A DNA stretch of 64,000 nt, from contig JBJKUS010000005.1 of assembly GCA_045563025.1 (NCBI GenBank), positions 34,718 through 98,717 on the forward strand, in the 5' to 3' direction. Source of the DNA: Alphaproteobacteria bacterium. GTDB taxonomy: Bacteria; Pseudomonadota; Alphaproteobacteria; Methylaequorales; Methylaequoraceae. Made by a program: the position numbers and the translations under genes. The notes below the pieces were generated by a model. It had not been told where the DNA came from. It saw only the letters and a program-made list of their open reading frames with translations, and made no database searches. Of the stretch, positions 29,284-39,818 are shown piece after piece. Within the stretch, counting starts at the first letter, position 1. Each line of letters begins with the position of its first letter.

Positions 29284-29751
29284 ATGCAAAAAATTAAGAA
29301 AAAAATAGTTGTACTTTTATGTATTTTTTTAATTGGATGCTCATCCCAAGAAGATAATAAATTTATCGGGCAAATACTCGGATCAGCTGCGGGTGCGTAT
29401 TTGGGTTCTAAAGTTGGAACAGGAGTGAGTAATAATTTGGCAATTATTTTAGGAGGTGCAGTTGGTTTACTTGTTGGGGGCAAAATTGCTGAGGCATTGG
29501 ATAAAGATGAACAATTAGACCTAAGCAATAATGTTAATGAATCTCTTGAAGAAAATGAAGATTATGAGATCAAAGAGTGGAAAAGTAAGAAAAACATAGA
29601 AAAGACTGCAAAAATTATTCCTCTGAACAAATATGATATAGATGAAGAGACATGCAGAGATTTTAAAAAAATTGTTACTTCTGAAGGTAAAGTTATCGAA
29701 GAAAATTCTACAGCTTGCAGAGATGAAAATGGCAATTGGAAAATTATCTAG
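29284..29751 (+). CDS. 17 kDa surface antigen-family lipoprotein (glycine-zipper 2TM)
   Basis: 155 aa with a lipobox (LIGCSS) and a glycine zipper (GSAAGAYLGSKVGTG...GGAVGLLVGG). The C-terminal ACRDENGNWKII resembles the Rickettsia 17 kDa antigen terminus (ACRQPDGQWQVV). Confidence 0.7.
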   Translation: MQKIKKKIVVLLCIFLIGCSSQEDNKFIGQILGSAAGAYLGSKVGTGVSNNLAIILGGAVGLLVGGKIAEALDKDEQLDLSNNVNESLEENEDYEIKEWKSKKNIEKTAKIIPLNKYDIDEETCRDFKKIVTSEGKVIEENSTACRDENGNWKII

Positions 29752-32248
29752 AAGAAATTTTAAACATCTTTATAATTAATGGGAGAAAAATCAATGAAGA
29801 AATTAATGTCATTGTTAAACTTATAAAAAGTAAAATACCCATAGAAGATGTTCCTTGATGACCTGAAATTGCTAAAGTACTAAATGAACAAATTGTTGTC
29901 GATGCACTAAGTAATATTGCTGGTGGAGTTTTACTTCTGATCACTTTGTTAAGGTTTCCTAACTCCCTATACCTTCTTAAAAAATATACAGGATATGAAA
30001 CTCCCAGACTAAATAATAATGGCAACGAAATCATATTTGCAAAATTAAAATTCAAATTAAACAAAATCATAAAAAAAAGTGTAAAAATTACACCTATTAG
30101 GAGACAAGAAAAAGTAATTAAAACAAATTTTAAATCTTTAAAAATAAAAAATAGAAAAATAAAAAGAAATGAAATAGATACTAATATTGCAAATAAAAAA
30201 GAATCTATTACAACCTCACCAGCAAAGTATTGAACAATTGGCATTCCAGTGGCATTTGGAAATACATCTAATGCATCATTGACAAATTCTTTTAAATTTT
30301 CTTTTTTACTTACGTCCTTGGATGGGAATATTTCCACTCTATATTTTCCGTTAACAGATAAATACCTATCTTTATAAAAAAAAGGTAAATTTTCTAAAAA
30401 TAAATCATCTTTAATCCCAAGTCCACTTAGAATAACAACTAAGTCATCAAATTTTCTAAAGTATCTTTCCTCAATATCTCTAAAATCATTTTGAGAAAGA
30501 ATTTGTTTTTCCAGTTTATCTAACAGTAGTTTTGCTTCAAATGAAATTGACAATTCATCGAGAGATTTTATTGATTTAAGTAAACTTTTAAACCTATCAA
30601 ATTCCTCAATATTTGAATAAAACTTATTACTATTTTCAGATGAAACTAAAAATTTAAAGTAATCTAATTCTTCATTTTTATAATCCTGAGTTAATTCAGA
30701 ATATGAAAAAGTTGATTTAATTAATTTCTTTGAGTTTAAATTTTCAAAAAGAGATCTATTTTTTAATTGCGTTTCATCTAATATAACTGAAATAACATAA
30801 TCTGAAGTTGGATTCTGCTCGATTAATTCTTTAGCTAATTTTACTGACCCTAAACTGTTATCCTTAAGATTTAATGGATCTGAATCAAAATTTAGTGATT
30901 TATAATGCAATACATTATAACTCACAATAATTAACAAAATTAAAAGTATAAACTTTTTTTTCTTTTCAAAATACCAAAATAGTTCTTCGTATTTATTTAT
31001 ATTTTTAGATTCGTATTGTTTATCAAAACTACCAAATTGTTTTTGTAGTGAAGTGAATAAAAAAATATTTGTCAATAACCCCACCACTAAACCAAAAAAA
31101 GATATGATGCCCAGTTCAGATAAACCAATATAATCAGTTGGAATAAAAGAAATGAAACCAACCATTGACGGCACTGAGGCCATCAATAATGTTGTTGAGA
31201 TACTGGAGGTATCGTTATCCATTTTTTTTTTTAAATTAATTTTTTTTGAGCCATTTTCTAAGAATCTTGAATAAATTTGAATACCAAAATCTACAGAAAG
31301 TCCTATAAACAAAACAGCAAAAGCTACAGAAATAAGATTTAAGTGGCCTATTAAAATAGTCGTCAAAGCCATCGTTATCGAGAGTCCTGACAAAATTGTC
31401 AAAATAATAAAAAATATATTTTTAAAATTTCGAAAAGCAAATAATAATATTATCGCCACCAAAATTATACTTAGAATGCCTGCTGTAGATGCACCATCTG
31501 CCACTGATGATATCTCTTCATAATCTATTACAATTCCACCAGTGTAGTTAATCTCAACAGTCTTATATTTAGAAGAAATTGAGGTTAAGTAATTATAAAA
31601 ATCCAAAAAACCATTTTTTTTCAGTCCCTCCTCCTCAAAACCAAGAATTATATAATTATTTAAATCAGAGTTTAATAACTCAGTCCAATCAACATACTTT
31701 TTATTATCAAGTGATAAAATAAAGCTTTTAAATATTCTTTGAAAGCCCTCAAAATCCTCGTTGTTTTTATTCTCTGATTTAAGAATTAATTCTAACAAGT
31801 TATTCAATCCAGTAAATTTAGTATTAGAGTTTAATTCAGAGATAAAGGGTTGAAATTGATAAAGTTTAGAAATCAATTCATTTTTTTGTTCAGAATTTAA
31901 GAAAGTAAAAAAATTTTTTTTAAACACTGGATCAGTTTGAGGTGAATAAAAGAAATTTAGTTCTTTTTTATCTTTTAAATCAATTAAAATTTCATTTGAA
32001 ACTCTGTTAATTTCTTCTTTATTTGTCCCGGATATTCTAATAAGGATATTATTGTCTAAAATTTTAAACTCTTTTTTCAAATTTGCTTGATCAATTTTGA
32101 ATTTAAGATCCTTATTAATTAATCCATCAGTCGAAGTATCGATTTTCAAATAATTCAAACTAACTATCAGTGAACAAAAAGTTAGAAAAAGAAAAAAAAG
32201 AATGATCGTTCTCGGAAAACCTAAGGTAAATCCAACAATTTTTTTCAT
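29744..32248 (-). CDS. RND-superfamily exporter (MMPL/HpnN-like, COG1033)
   Basis: 834 aa with two blocks of about six TM helices (roughly residues 250-400 and 690-830), each preceded by a large soluble loop. Confidence 0.65.
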   Translation of the reverse strand: MKKIVGFTLGFPRTIILFFLFLTFCSLIVSLNYLKIDTSTDGLINKDLKFKIDQANLKKEFKILDNNILIRISGTNKEEINRVSNEILIDLKDKKELNFFYSPQTDPVFKKNFFTFLNSEQKNELISKLYQFQPFISELNSNTKFTGLNNLLELILKSENKNNEDFEGFQRIFKSFILSLDNKKYVDWTELLNSDLNNYIILGFEEEGLKKNGFLDFYNYLTSISSKYKTVEINYTGGIVIDYEEISSVADGASTAGILSIILVAIILLFAFRNFKNIFFIILTILSGLSITMALTTILIGHLNLISVAFAVLFIGLSVDFGIQIYSRFLENGSKKINLKKKMDNDTSSISTTLLMASVPSMVGFISFIPTDYIGLSELGIISFFGLVVGLLTNIFLFTSLQKQFGSFDKQYESKNINKYEELFWYFEKKKKFILLILLIIVSYNVLHYKSLNFDSDPLNLKDNSLGSVKLAKELIEQNPTSDYVISVILDETQLKNRSLFENLNSKKLIKSTFSYSELTQDYKNEELDYFKFLVSSENSNKFYSNIEEFDRFKSLLKSIKSLDELSISFEAKLLLDKLEKQILSQNDFRDIEERYFRKFDDLVVILSGLGIKDDLFLENLPFFYKDRYLSVNGKYRVEIFPSKDVSKKENLKEFVNDALDVFPNATGMPIVQYFAGEVVIDSFLFAILVSISFLFIFLFFIFKDLKFVLITFSCLLIGVIFTLFFMILFNLNFNFANMISLPLLFSLGVSYPVYFLRRYRELGNLNKVIRSKTPPAILLSASTTICSFSTLAISGHQGTSSMGILLFISLTMTLISSLIFLPLIIKMFKISSR

Positions 32249-32318
32249 AATACGAATATAAATAACAAATATTTTTTTTTTTGTTTGAAAAAAATAAACT
32301 TTTTAGTAATTAAGTATT

Positions 32319-32516
32319 ATGGAGTTATTTATAGATAATATTTTAGAAAGAATTTCGGACGGTGATTTTCCACCTAAAAGATTCAAAATAAGACGTCTAA
32401 AAACTATCTCAGGCCTTATACATGCTGTCATTGTAGATTTAAAAGATGAACAATCAGAAATGTTGGTTGCATTATCTGTCCTAGAGGATAAAAGTAAGTA
32501 TAAGATAATTAAATAA
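32319..32516 (+). CDS. small hypothetical protein (65 aa)
   Basis: An ORF in the only sizeable gap upstream of the SRPBCC gene; no homology recognised. It could be a leader peptide or non-coding. Confidence 0.25.
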   Translation: MELFIDNILERISDGDFPPKRFKIRRLKTISGLIHAVIVDLKDEQSEMLVALSVLEDKSKYKIIK

Positions 32517-32532
32517 CGATGAAAGCAAGCTA

Positions 32533-33060
32533 ATGAAATCTGTAAAAATTTTTTTGATTCTATCTATATTTTTTTTAACCCCTTTTGAAAGCTTTTCACA
32601 TGGTCCTTCTAGGCAAAAGGTTTCTGAATCAATCATAGTAAATGCTAGCGCCGAAACAGTTTGGGATATTGTAAAGAATTTTAAAGACTTTAAGTGGAAT
32701 GAAGATGTGAAAAATTGTTTAGCTACAGACAACAAGATTGGATCCGAAAGAACAATTGAATTTAACAACGGCAGTAAATTAAAGCAAAAACTAGAAAAGT
32801 TAGATGATGAAAAACTTATGATTGGTTGGAGAGTAACAGAAACAGATAATAAGATGCTCCCGGTTAATAGTTATGCAGCTAAAATTTTTATTTCATCAAA
32901 GGATGATAATACAGCTCAGGTTAAATATAAGGCTGGTTTTTATAGAGGTTTTATGGGAAATGATCCTCCCGAAGAGCTAAATGACGAAAATTCAAAGAAA
33001 AAAGTTGAAAATTTCATTAAAAAATCTCTTGACGGTTTGAAAAAATTTGCTGAGAAATAA
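32533..33060 (+). CDS. SRPBCC (START/Bet v1/polyketide-cyclase-like) family protein, secreted
   Basis: 175 aa with a signal peptide and an SRPBCC-type N-terminus (ESIIVNASAETVWDIVKNFKDFKWN). Confidence 0.65.
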   Translation: MKSVKIFLILSIFFLTPFESFSHGPSRQKVSESIIVNASAETVWDIVKNFKDFKWNEDVKNCLATDNKIGSERTIEFNNGSKLKQKLEKLDDEKLMIGWRVTETDNKMLPVNSYAAKIFISSKDDNTAQVKYKAGFYRGFMGNDPPEELNDENSKKKVENFIKKSLDGLKKFAEK

Positions 33061-34012
33061 TATCTACCTCTTTTTTTTCTTTTTTGTATTTTTAGTGTGC
33101 TCAAATGCTAACTCTAAAACAGACATAGCCATAATCACTAATCAAGAAGCCAATAAAGTTGATATTATTGATTTGAAAAATCAAAAAGTAATTTCACAAA
33201 TTCTAGTTGGTAAAAAACCTGCAGGTATCATTGTGGATTCATCTGACAATACTATTTATACTTCAAATCCTGGTAGTAATAATATTTCTCAAATCAATTT
33301 GACAAACTTTGATCAAAAATTACTGTTTGCCGGAAAAAGTCCAATGGGCATCCAACTGGAAAGAACTGAAAAAATTTTATTTGTTAGCAATTGGTTCGAA
33401 AATCAAATTTCTGTAGTTAATACATTAACAAACGAAATTATTTCAAAAATAAATGTTGGAAAGTTTCCTGCAGGAATGTATTTAACAGACGCTAATTTAC
33501 TTTTTGTTGCAATTAAAGGAGAAAATAAATTAACAGTAATAAATTCAAAATCCCTTGAAATAGTTAAAAGAATTAGTGTTGGAAAAGCGCCTTATGGAGT
33601 TTTTTCGAGTTCTGAAACAGATCTATTATTTGTCACAAATGTTCAATCAAACACAGTTTCAATTGTAAACAAAAAAACCTTAGAACTTATCAAGGAAGTT
33701 GATGTTGGAAGTTGGCCATACCAAACAGCATTTAATAAAAACACTAAATTGTTATATGTAACTAATCAAAGAGATAATAGTATTTCCATTATTGATACCA
33801 AAGAATACACAAACATCAAAACACTTTATGATGTATGTGAATATCCAGAAGGAATTGACATTAGTTACAACGAAAATTTAATTGTTGTTGCTTGTTGGTT
33901 TGAAGATAATATTATTTTACTAGATTTAAAAAATTATAATTTAATAAAAAAAATTAAGGTTTCCGGTGGTCCAAGATCATTCGGGAATTTTATTTTAGAG
34001 GGTTATGAATAA
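33047..34012 (+). CDS. YVTN-family beta-propeller repeat protein, secreted
   Basis: 321 aa with a signal peptide and about seven 40-residue repeats of the form (VGK.P.G..................YVTN......SV...). Confidence 0.7.
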   Translation: MLRNNIYLFFFFFVFLVCSNANSKTDIAIITNQEANKVDIIDLKNQKVISQILVGKKPAGIIVDSSDNTIYTSNPGSNNISQINLTNFDQKLLFAGKSPMGIQLERTEKILFVSNWFENQISVVNTLTNEIISKINVGKFPAGMYLTDANLLFVAIKGENKLTVINSKSLEIVKRISVGKAPYGVFSSSETDLLFVTNVQSNTVSIVNKKTLELIKEVDVGSWPYQTAFNKNTKLLYVTNQRDNSISIIDTKEYTNIKTLYDVCEYPEGIDISYNENLIVVACWFEDNIILLDLKNYNLIKKIKVSGGPRSFGNFILEGYE

Positions 34013-35960
34013 AGAAAAACTTAAAATAATGTCTAATGCCATTAGAGCTCTTTCAATTGATGCAATAGAAAAAGCCAACTCAGGGCATCCTGGGCTCCCT
34101 CTAGGTATGGCAGATGTTGCAACAGTATTGTTCTCAAAGTTTCTTAAATTTGATCCCTCTAAACCTGATTGGCTAGATAGGGATAGGTTTGTTTTATCAG
34201 CAGGTCATGGCTCAATGCTACTTTACGCTTTATCTTACTTAGTTGGTTATAAAGATTGCTCATTAAATCAACTCAAAAATTTTAGACAACTTGGGAGTAA
34301 AACAGCCGGGCATCCTGAATTTGGTTTACTAAAAAGTATTGAAACAACAACAGGACCACTTGGTCAAGGATTAGCAAATGCTGTTGGGATGGCAATCTCT
34401 GAGAAAGTACTAAATCAAAAATACGGTAATATTTTTAATCATAAGACTTGGGTAATTGCTGGGGATGGTTGTCTAATGGAGGGAATCTCACAAGAAGCTA
34501 TATCAATGGCAGGTCACTTAAAATTAAAAAATTTAATAGTTTTTTTTGATGATAATAAAATCTCAATCGATGGACCAACAAATCTTACTTGTTCGGATAA
34601 TCAAAAAGAAAGGTTTGAAGCATCTAACTGGCATACCATTGAAATTAATGGTCATTCATTTAAAGAAATAGAAAAAGGTATCAATGAAGCTTTAAAATCA
34701 TCAAAACCATCACTTATCATTTGCAGAACCATTATTGGTTTTGGATCACCTAATAAATCAGGTAAAGAAACAGTTCACGGCGCTCCATTAGGAGCTGAAG
34801 AGTTAAAACTTACAAAAAAAAGGCTTGATTGGCCATATGAAAGTTTTTTTATTCCAAATATAATTATCAAAAATTGGAGAAAAATTGGAATTAATGGGAA
34901 AAAAAAAAGATTAAATTGGGAAAAAAAGTACAATAGCTCGAAACATTTTTTGGAAATAAAAAAACAATTTAAACAAAGAAAAGTTACTCGAGACAATAAT
35001 TCAATAAGTTTTCTATCAAATATTCTTAAAAATAAAAAAGATGAAGCTACAAGGAAATCATCTCTAAATTCTCTTGAATTTTTTTCTTCAAAAATTGAAA
35101 ATTTTATGGGAGGCTCAGCAGATCTTACTGGCTCAAATTTGACTAAAACAAAAAATTCTAGAACAAATAAAAACATAAATTATATTCATTATGGTGTAAG
35201 AGAGCATTTAATGGCTGCCGCAATGAATGGCATTGCAGTACACGGAGGGTTTATTCCATATGGAGGGACTTTTTTAGTTTTTTCGGATTATTGTAAAAAC
35301 GCAATAAGACTCTCTGCAATGATGAAACAACAAGTGATTTATGTGTTTACACATGATTCAATTGGTTTAGGAGAAGATGGTCCCACTCATCAACCTATAG
35401 AACATTTAGTAGCACTTAGATCAATTCCAGGACTTACAGTTTTAAGACCAAGCGATGCAATAGAAACCTTTGAGGCATGGGAAATCGCCTTAAATAACTT
35501 CAGTGGACCAAGTGCAATTATTTTAACAAGACAAAACCTTCCTCTGATAAGAAATAATTTCAAAAATAATGAATCAATAAAAGGCGGATATCTAATTAAG
35601 TCAAATACAAATTCAAAATTTACAATTCTTTCCACGGGATCAGAAGTAAGTTTAGGGCTTGAAGTATTAAACCATATAAAACAAAAATTTAATATTGAAT
35701 CAAATTTAGTTTCTATGCCTTCCCTTGAACTTTTTGACAATCAAAATAAAAGTTATCAAAAAAAAATTTTAGGTAATAAACCCAAAATTGTTATCGAGGC
35801 AGCATCCGGACATAGTTGGTATAAGTATCTTGAACAAAAAGATTTAATTGTTTGTATTGATAAGTTTGGTGAATCTGGGAAAGCAAAGGATCTTTATAAT
35901 TACTTTGGTTTTAATTGTAAAAATATAGTAGAATTAATTAAAAAAAACAATTTTTTGTGA
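34005..35960 (+). CDS. tkt: transketolase
   Basis: 651 aa with the TPP-binding motifs (ANSGHPG, GDGCLMEG) and pyrimidine-binding and C-terminal domains. Confidence 0.95.
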   Translation: MNKEKLKIMSNAIRALSIDAIEKANSGHPGLPLGMADVATVLFSKFLKFDPSKPDWLDRDRFVLSAGHGSMLLYALSYLVGYKDCSLNQLKNFRQLGSKTAGHPEFGLLKSIETTTGPLGQGLANAVGMAISEKVLNQKYGNIFNHKTWVIAGDGCLMEGISQEAISMAGHLKLKNLIVFFDDNKISIDGPTNLTCSDNQKERFEASNWHTIEINGHSFKEIEKGINEALKSSKPSLIICRTIIGFGSPNKSGKETVHGAPLGAEELKLTKKRLDWPYESFFIPNIIIKNWRKIGINGKKKRLNWEKKYNSSKHFLEIKKQFKQRKVTRDNNSISFLSNILKNKKDEATRKSSLNSLEFFSSKIENFMGGSADLTGSNLTKTKNSRTNKNINYIHYGVREHLMAAAMNGIAVHGGFIPYGGTFLVFSDYCKNAIRLSAMMKQQVIYVFTHDSIGLGEDGPTHQPIEHLVALRSIPGLTVLRPSDAIETFEAWEIALNNFSGPSAIILTRQNLPLIRNNFKNNESIKGGYLIKSNTNSKFTILSTGSEVSLGLEVLNHIKQKFNIESNLVSMPSLELFDNQNKSYQKKILGNKPKIVIEAASGHSWYKYLEQKDLIVCIDKFGESGKAKDLYNYFGFNCKNIVELIKKNNFL

Positions 35961-37144
35961 TTACTCTTAAAAAAAAATTTACTGATATAACTAACTTTGT
36001 TTTTAAAAAAAAAGTTATTGTCAGAGTTGATTTAAACTTACCTTTCTTCGAAGATAAAGTTTCAGATTACACTAGATTAGAAAAAATAATTCCTACTATT
36101 GATTTTCTTTTAAAAAACAACTCAAAAATTATTTTAATTTCTCACTTTGGAAGACCGAATGGAGAAAAAAAAAAAGAACTCTCATTAGAACTAATCAAAG
36201 ATGAAATTCAAAAATTTTTAAAAAAAGAAATATATTTTTGTGCAGACAATTTAAAAATAATAAAACGAGACAAAATTAATAAAATTCTTGAAAGAAATGA
36301 CATCATATTGCTTGAAAATATTAGATTCTATCCAGAAGAAGAATCGAATGATGACGTTTTTGCAAAAAAAATTGCAAGCTTAGGTGATATCTATATAAAT
36401 GAATGTTTTTCTGTGTCTCATAGGGAGCACGCCTCAATTGTTGGTATTCCAAAATATCTACCTGCTTTTCCTGGGATGCTTCTTGAAAATGAAATTTCTA
36501 ATTTAAAAAACTTAATTACAGTTAACAATACATCTTCCATTGCGATTTTTGGAGGAGCTAAGATTTCATCTAAGCTAGAAATAATAGAGTTTTATTTGAA
36601 TAAATTTCAAAGAGTAATAGTTGGTGGAGCTATGGCAAATACATTTTTGAAAGCTCAAGGTATAGAAATTGGTAATTCTATGTATGAAAAAACTATGTTA
36701 AAAACAGCTAGCTCATTCATCGAGAATTACGCAGATAAGATTCTTCTGCCTGAGGATGTAATTGTTTTAACTAAAGATCAAAAAAAAACTGAAGCTAAAC
36801 CCACTGGGGTAATTGATAAAAATGATAAAATTTTTGATATTGGTCCGAAAACAAGGTTGAAATTTTTCAATCATATAATAAATTCTAATAAACTATTATG
36901 GAATGGTCCACTTGGATTTTTTGAAAAAAAACCATTCGATGAAGGCACAAACTTTGTAGTAAAAGCTGTAAAGAATAACAAAAATAAAAATTTCTTTTCT
37001 GTTGCGGGTGGAGGTGATACTATATCGGCATTGAAACAGATGAATGCCTTTCAATTTTTTTCATTTATATCAACAGGTGGTGGAGCATTTCTTGAGTTCA
37101 TTAGAGGCCAGGGCCTACCTGGTCTTGATAGTTTAAATGAATGA
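35957..37144 (+). CDS. pgk: phosphoglycerate kinase
   Basis: 395 aa with PGK N- and C-domain motifs (RVDLNLP, ISHFGRP, GGGA.LE). Confidence 0.95.
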   Translation: MITLKKKFTDITNFVFKKKVIVRVDLNLPFFEDKVSDYTRLEKIIPTIDFLLKNNSKIILISHFGRPNGEKKKELSLELIKDEIQKFLKKEIYFCADNLKIIKRDKINKILERNDIILLENIRFYPEEESNDDVFAKKIASLGDIYINECFSVSHREHASIVGIPKYLPAFPGMLLENEISNLKNLITVNNTSSIAIFGGAKISSKLEIIEFYLNKFQRVIVGGAMANTFLKAQGIEIGNSMYEKTMLKTASSFIENYADKILLPEDVIVLTKDQKKTEAKPTGVIDKNDKIFDIGPKTRLKFFNHIINSNKLLWNGPLGFFEKKPFDEGTNFVVKAVKNNKNKNFFSVAGGGDTISALKQMNAFQFFSFISTGGGAFLEFIRGQGLPGLDSLNE

Positions 37145-37153
37145 AGACAAAGT

Positions 37154-38185
37154 ATGAATAAAGAAAATTTAAAAATAATTGCAGAAAAATTATGTGCAGA
37201 CTCAAAAGGTATCCTTGCCGCAGATGAGAGCACTAATACCATTAAAAAAAGATTTGATTCAATAAACGTAGACTCAAATTTTGAAACTAGAAGAACCTAC
37301 AGGGAAATTTTATTTAAAACACCAGATCTAAATAAATATATTAGTGGTGTAATTTTATTTGATGAAACACTAAGACAAAAAGGTTCAGATGATGTTTTAC
37401 TCTCTGAATATCTTATCAGTAAAAATATTATTCCTGGAATAAAAGTCGATATTGGTGCTATTGAATTAGAAAAAAACTCCGAAGAAAAATTAACAGAGGG
37501 CTTAGATGGACTAGGTAAAAGGTTAGAAGAATATAGAAAGTTTGGTGCTGCTTTTACAAAATGGAGAGCAATAATTAACATTGACACAAAGAAAAAACAG
37601 CCAAGTGAATATTGTATCGAAGCAAATTCTTATAATTTAGGAAGGTACGCTAAAATTGTCCAAGACTATGGGATGGTTCCAATAGTAGAACCAGAAGTTA
37701 TTATGGATGGTGAGCATTCAATCAAGGATTGTTTTGATGTGACATCAAAAACTTTAAAAAGTGTTTTCAAACATCTTAACATTCACAAAGTCTACATAGA
37801 AGGCATTTTATTAAAACCCAATATGGTTATATCTGGAACAAAAAATGAAAAACAGGCATCTGTGGGTGAGGTTGCCAGTATGACAATAAAATGTTTAAAA
37901 GATAATGTACCTGATAATCTCCCGGGTATAGTTTTTTTGTCAGGAGGTCAAAGTAATGAACTAGCTACTCAGCATCTAAATGAAATGAATAAAGAAAACA
38001 CTGATTTACCGTGGAAACTTAGTTTTTCATACGGAAGAGCATTACAACAACCTGCTTTGAGCAAGTGGTTAGGAGAAGATAGGAATATCGAATCATCTCA
38101 AAAAGCTCTTTTCCATAGAAGCAAATTAAATTCAGATGCCGCCTCAGGTATTTATAAACCAGAGGACGAAAAATTAATATTATGA
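37154..38185 (+). CDS. fba: fructose-bisphosphate aldolase, class I
   Basis: 343 aa; GILAADESTNTIKKR and the Schiff-base lysine region (LLKPNMV) indicate a class I aldolase. Confidence 0.9.
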   Translation: MNKENLKIIAEKLCADSKGILAADESTNTIKKRFDSINVDSNFETRRTYREILFKTPDLNKYISGVILFDETLRQKGSDDVLLSEYLISKNIIPGIKVDIGAIELEKNSEEKLTEGLDGLGKRLEEYRKFGAAFTKWRAIINIDTKKKQPSEYCIEANSYNLGRYAKIVQDYGMVPIVEPEVIMDGEHSIKDCFDVTSKTLKSVFKHLNIHKVYIEGILLKPNMVISGTKNEKQASVGEVASMTIKCLKDNVPDNLPGIVFLSGGQSNELATQHLNEMNKENTDLPWKLSFSYGRALQQPALSKWLGEDRNIESSQKALFHRSKLNSDAASGIYKPEDEKLIL

Positions 38186-38832
38186 GTAGCAATATAAAAA
38201 TTGCTCCATCAATTTTATCAGCTGATTTTTCAAAACTTGGGCAAGAAATCAAAGTTTTAGATAAAAGCAACTGTGAATATATTCATATTGACGTTATGGA
38301 TGGACATTTCGTACCAAACCTTACTATTGGGCCTGATGTTGTAAAGTCACTAAGGAAATATACAGCAAAAGTTTTTGATGTTCATTTAATGATTGATCCA
38401 GTCAAAGAGTTCATTCCTCAGTTTATAGAAGCTGGAGCAGATATAATAACAATCCACCATGAAATTTCAGATGAAGTAATTAAGTCATTAGAATTAATAA
38501 AAAAAAATAAAAAAGAAGTTGGAATTTCAATTAAACCACTAACGCCTGCAAAAGTTATACATAAATACTTAGAAATAATTGACTTAGTTTTAATTATGAC
38601 AGTCGAGCCAGGTTTTGGTGGACAACAGTTGATTAAAAGTCAAATTGAAAAAATTAAAGAAATAAGAAAAATTATTGCAAATAGAGATATTGACATTGAA
38701 GTAGATGGTGGAGTGAATTTAAATAATGCCAAAGAGCTCAAAAACGCTGGCGCCAACATTTTGGTATCAGGTTCAACCATATTCAAATCTGAAAATTATC
38801 AGGAAACAATTGATATACTTAGAAAATTATGA
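38182..38832 (+). CDS. rpe: ribulose-phosphate 3-epimerase
   Basis: 216 aa with the motifs HIDVMDGHFVPN and MTVEPGFGGQ. Confidence 0.95.
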   Translation: MSSNIKIAPSILSADFSKLGQEIKVLDKSNCEYIHIDVMDGHFVPNLTIGPDVVKSLRKYTAKVFDVHLMIDPVKEFIPQFIEAGADIITIHHEISDEVIKSLELIKKNKKEVGISIKPLTPAKVIHKYLEIIDLVLIMTVEPGFGGQQLIKSQIEKIKEIRKIIANRDIDIEVDGGVNLNNAKELKNAGANILVSGSTIFKSENYQETIDILRKL

Positions 38833-39818
38833 AGATAATTTCCTTTATTTTTTTCTTTATATCTAGCGCTGTTTACTCACAACAAATCATTACCGTTGGA
38901 GCAAACATACCAACAACTAAAATTATTGAAGATACGTTAAACTTACCTGCGTCAGTTATAGCAAATGAAAGCGTAAAAATAACACCTGTTGTATCAGAAA
39001 AAATAAAAAAAATTTTTTTTCAAGAAGGAAAGTTTGTCAAAAAGGGCCAACTTTTAGTTGAATTGGTAGATCTTGAGGAGCAGGCTGTTCTAAAACAATT
39101 TGATGCTGAATTGGATGAAGCGAACCTTAACTATGAAAGAGCAAAAAAACTTATATCTAAAGGTAATATATCCCAATCAATTCTTGACAATAGAATTATG
39201 ATTAGGGAAAAATTGATAGCTAAAATTGAAGAAATTGAAGCAAAAATTGATGATCTGAAAATAAGAGCCCCCTTCAACGGAATAACAAGCGTGAGAAACT
39301 TCAGCGAAGGCTCCTTTATAAAACCCGGAGACATAATAACAGAATTATATGATATCAAAACATTAAAGATCCAAGCGTTTGTTCCTGAAAGCTTTATAAC
39401 AAAACTTAAAGAAGATAATAATTTCATTGTAACTTCAGATCTGATTGAACGTTTAAATATTTCAGGGAAGATATCAGTTATAGATCCTTTGATTGATACT
39501 AAAACAAGAACTTTTAAGATCCAGGGGAGGATTGCAAATAAAAATAATATTATTAAGCCTGGAATGATGGTTAAGTTAAAACTTTTATTTGAAAAAAGAG
39601 AAAGTTTATTAATAAGAGAGAACTCAGTTTTTAATCAAGATGACATAAGTTTTGTTTATTTAGTCAATAAAAATAAAAAAATTGAAAAGAAACAGATTAA
39701 GGTTGGTTTAAAGTTCGATGGAATGATTGAAGTAAAAGATGGAATTAAAGCTGATGATCTAATTGTTTATGAAGGCATAAATAAAATTAGAAATGGTGTT
39801 GAAGTAAAAATAAAATGA
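38829..39818 (+). CDS. RND efflux pump periplasmic adaptor (membrane fusion protein)
   Basis: 329 aa with a signal peptide and the lipoyl/coiled-coil/beta-barrel organisation of the HlyD/AcrA family. It overlaps the rpe stop. Confidence 0.8.
   Translation: MKIISFIFFFISSAVYSQQIITVGANIPTTKIIEDTLNLPASVIANESVKITPVVSEKIKKIFFQEGKFVKKGQLLVELVDLEEQAVLKQFDAELDEANLNYERAKKLISKGNISQSILDNRIMIREKLIAKIEEIEAKIDDLKIRAPFNGITSVRNFSEGSFIKPGDIITELYDIKTLKIQAFVPESFITKLKEDNNFIVTSDLIERLNISGKISVIDPLIDTKTRTFKIQGRIANKNNIIKPGMMVKLKLLFEKRESLLIRENSVFNQDDISFVYLVNKNKKIEKKQIKVGLKFDGMIEVKDGIKADDLIVYEGINKIRNGVEVKIK

Noticed and set aside
24924-32248. A hopanoid-associated cluster (HpnG-like nucleosidase, HpnH-like radical SAM, HpnN-like RND exporter)
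   Set aside because: The radical SAM protein has the spore-photoproduct-lyase signature (C..DCKYCFLQ, about 320 aa), not the larger B12-binding HpnH architecture. No squalene-hopene cyclase or hpnA-F genes are present. The MMPL exporter is separated by the nuclease-ligase pair and a lipoprotein and lies on the opposite strand.
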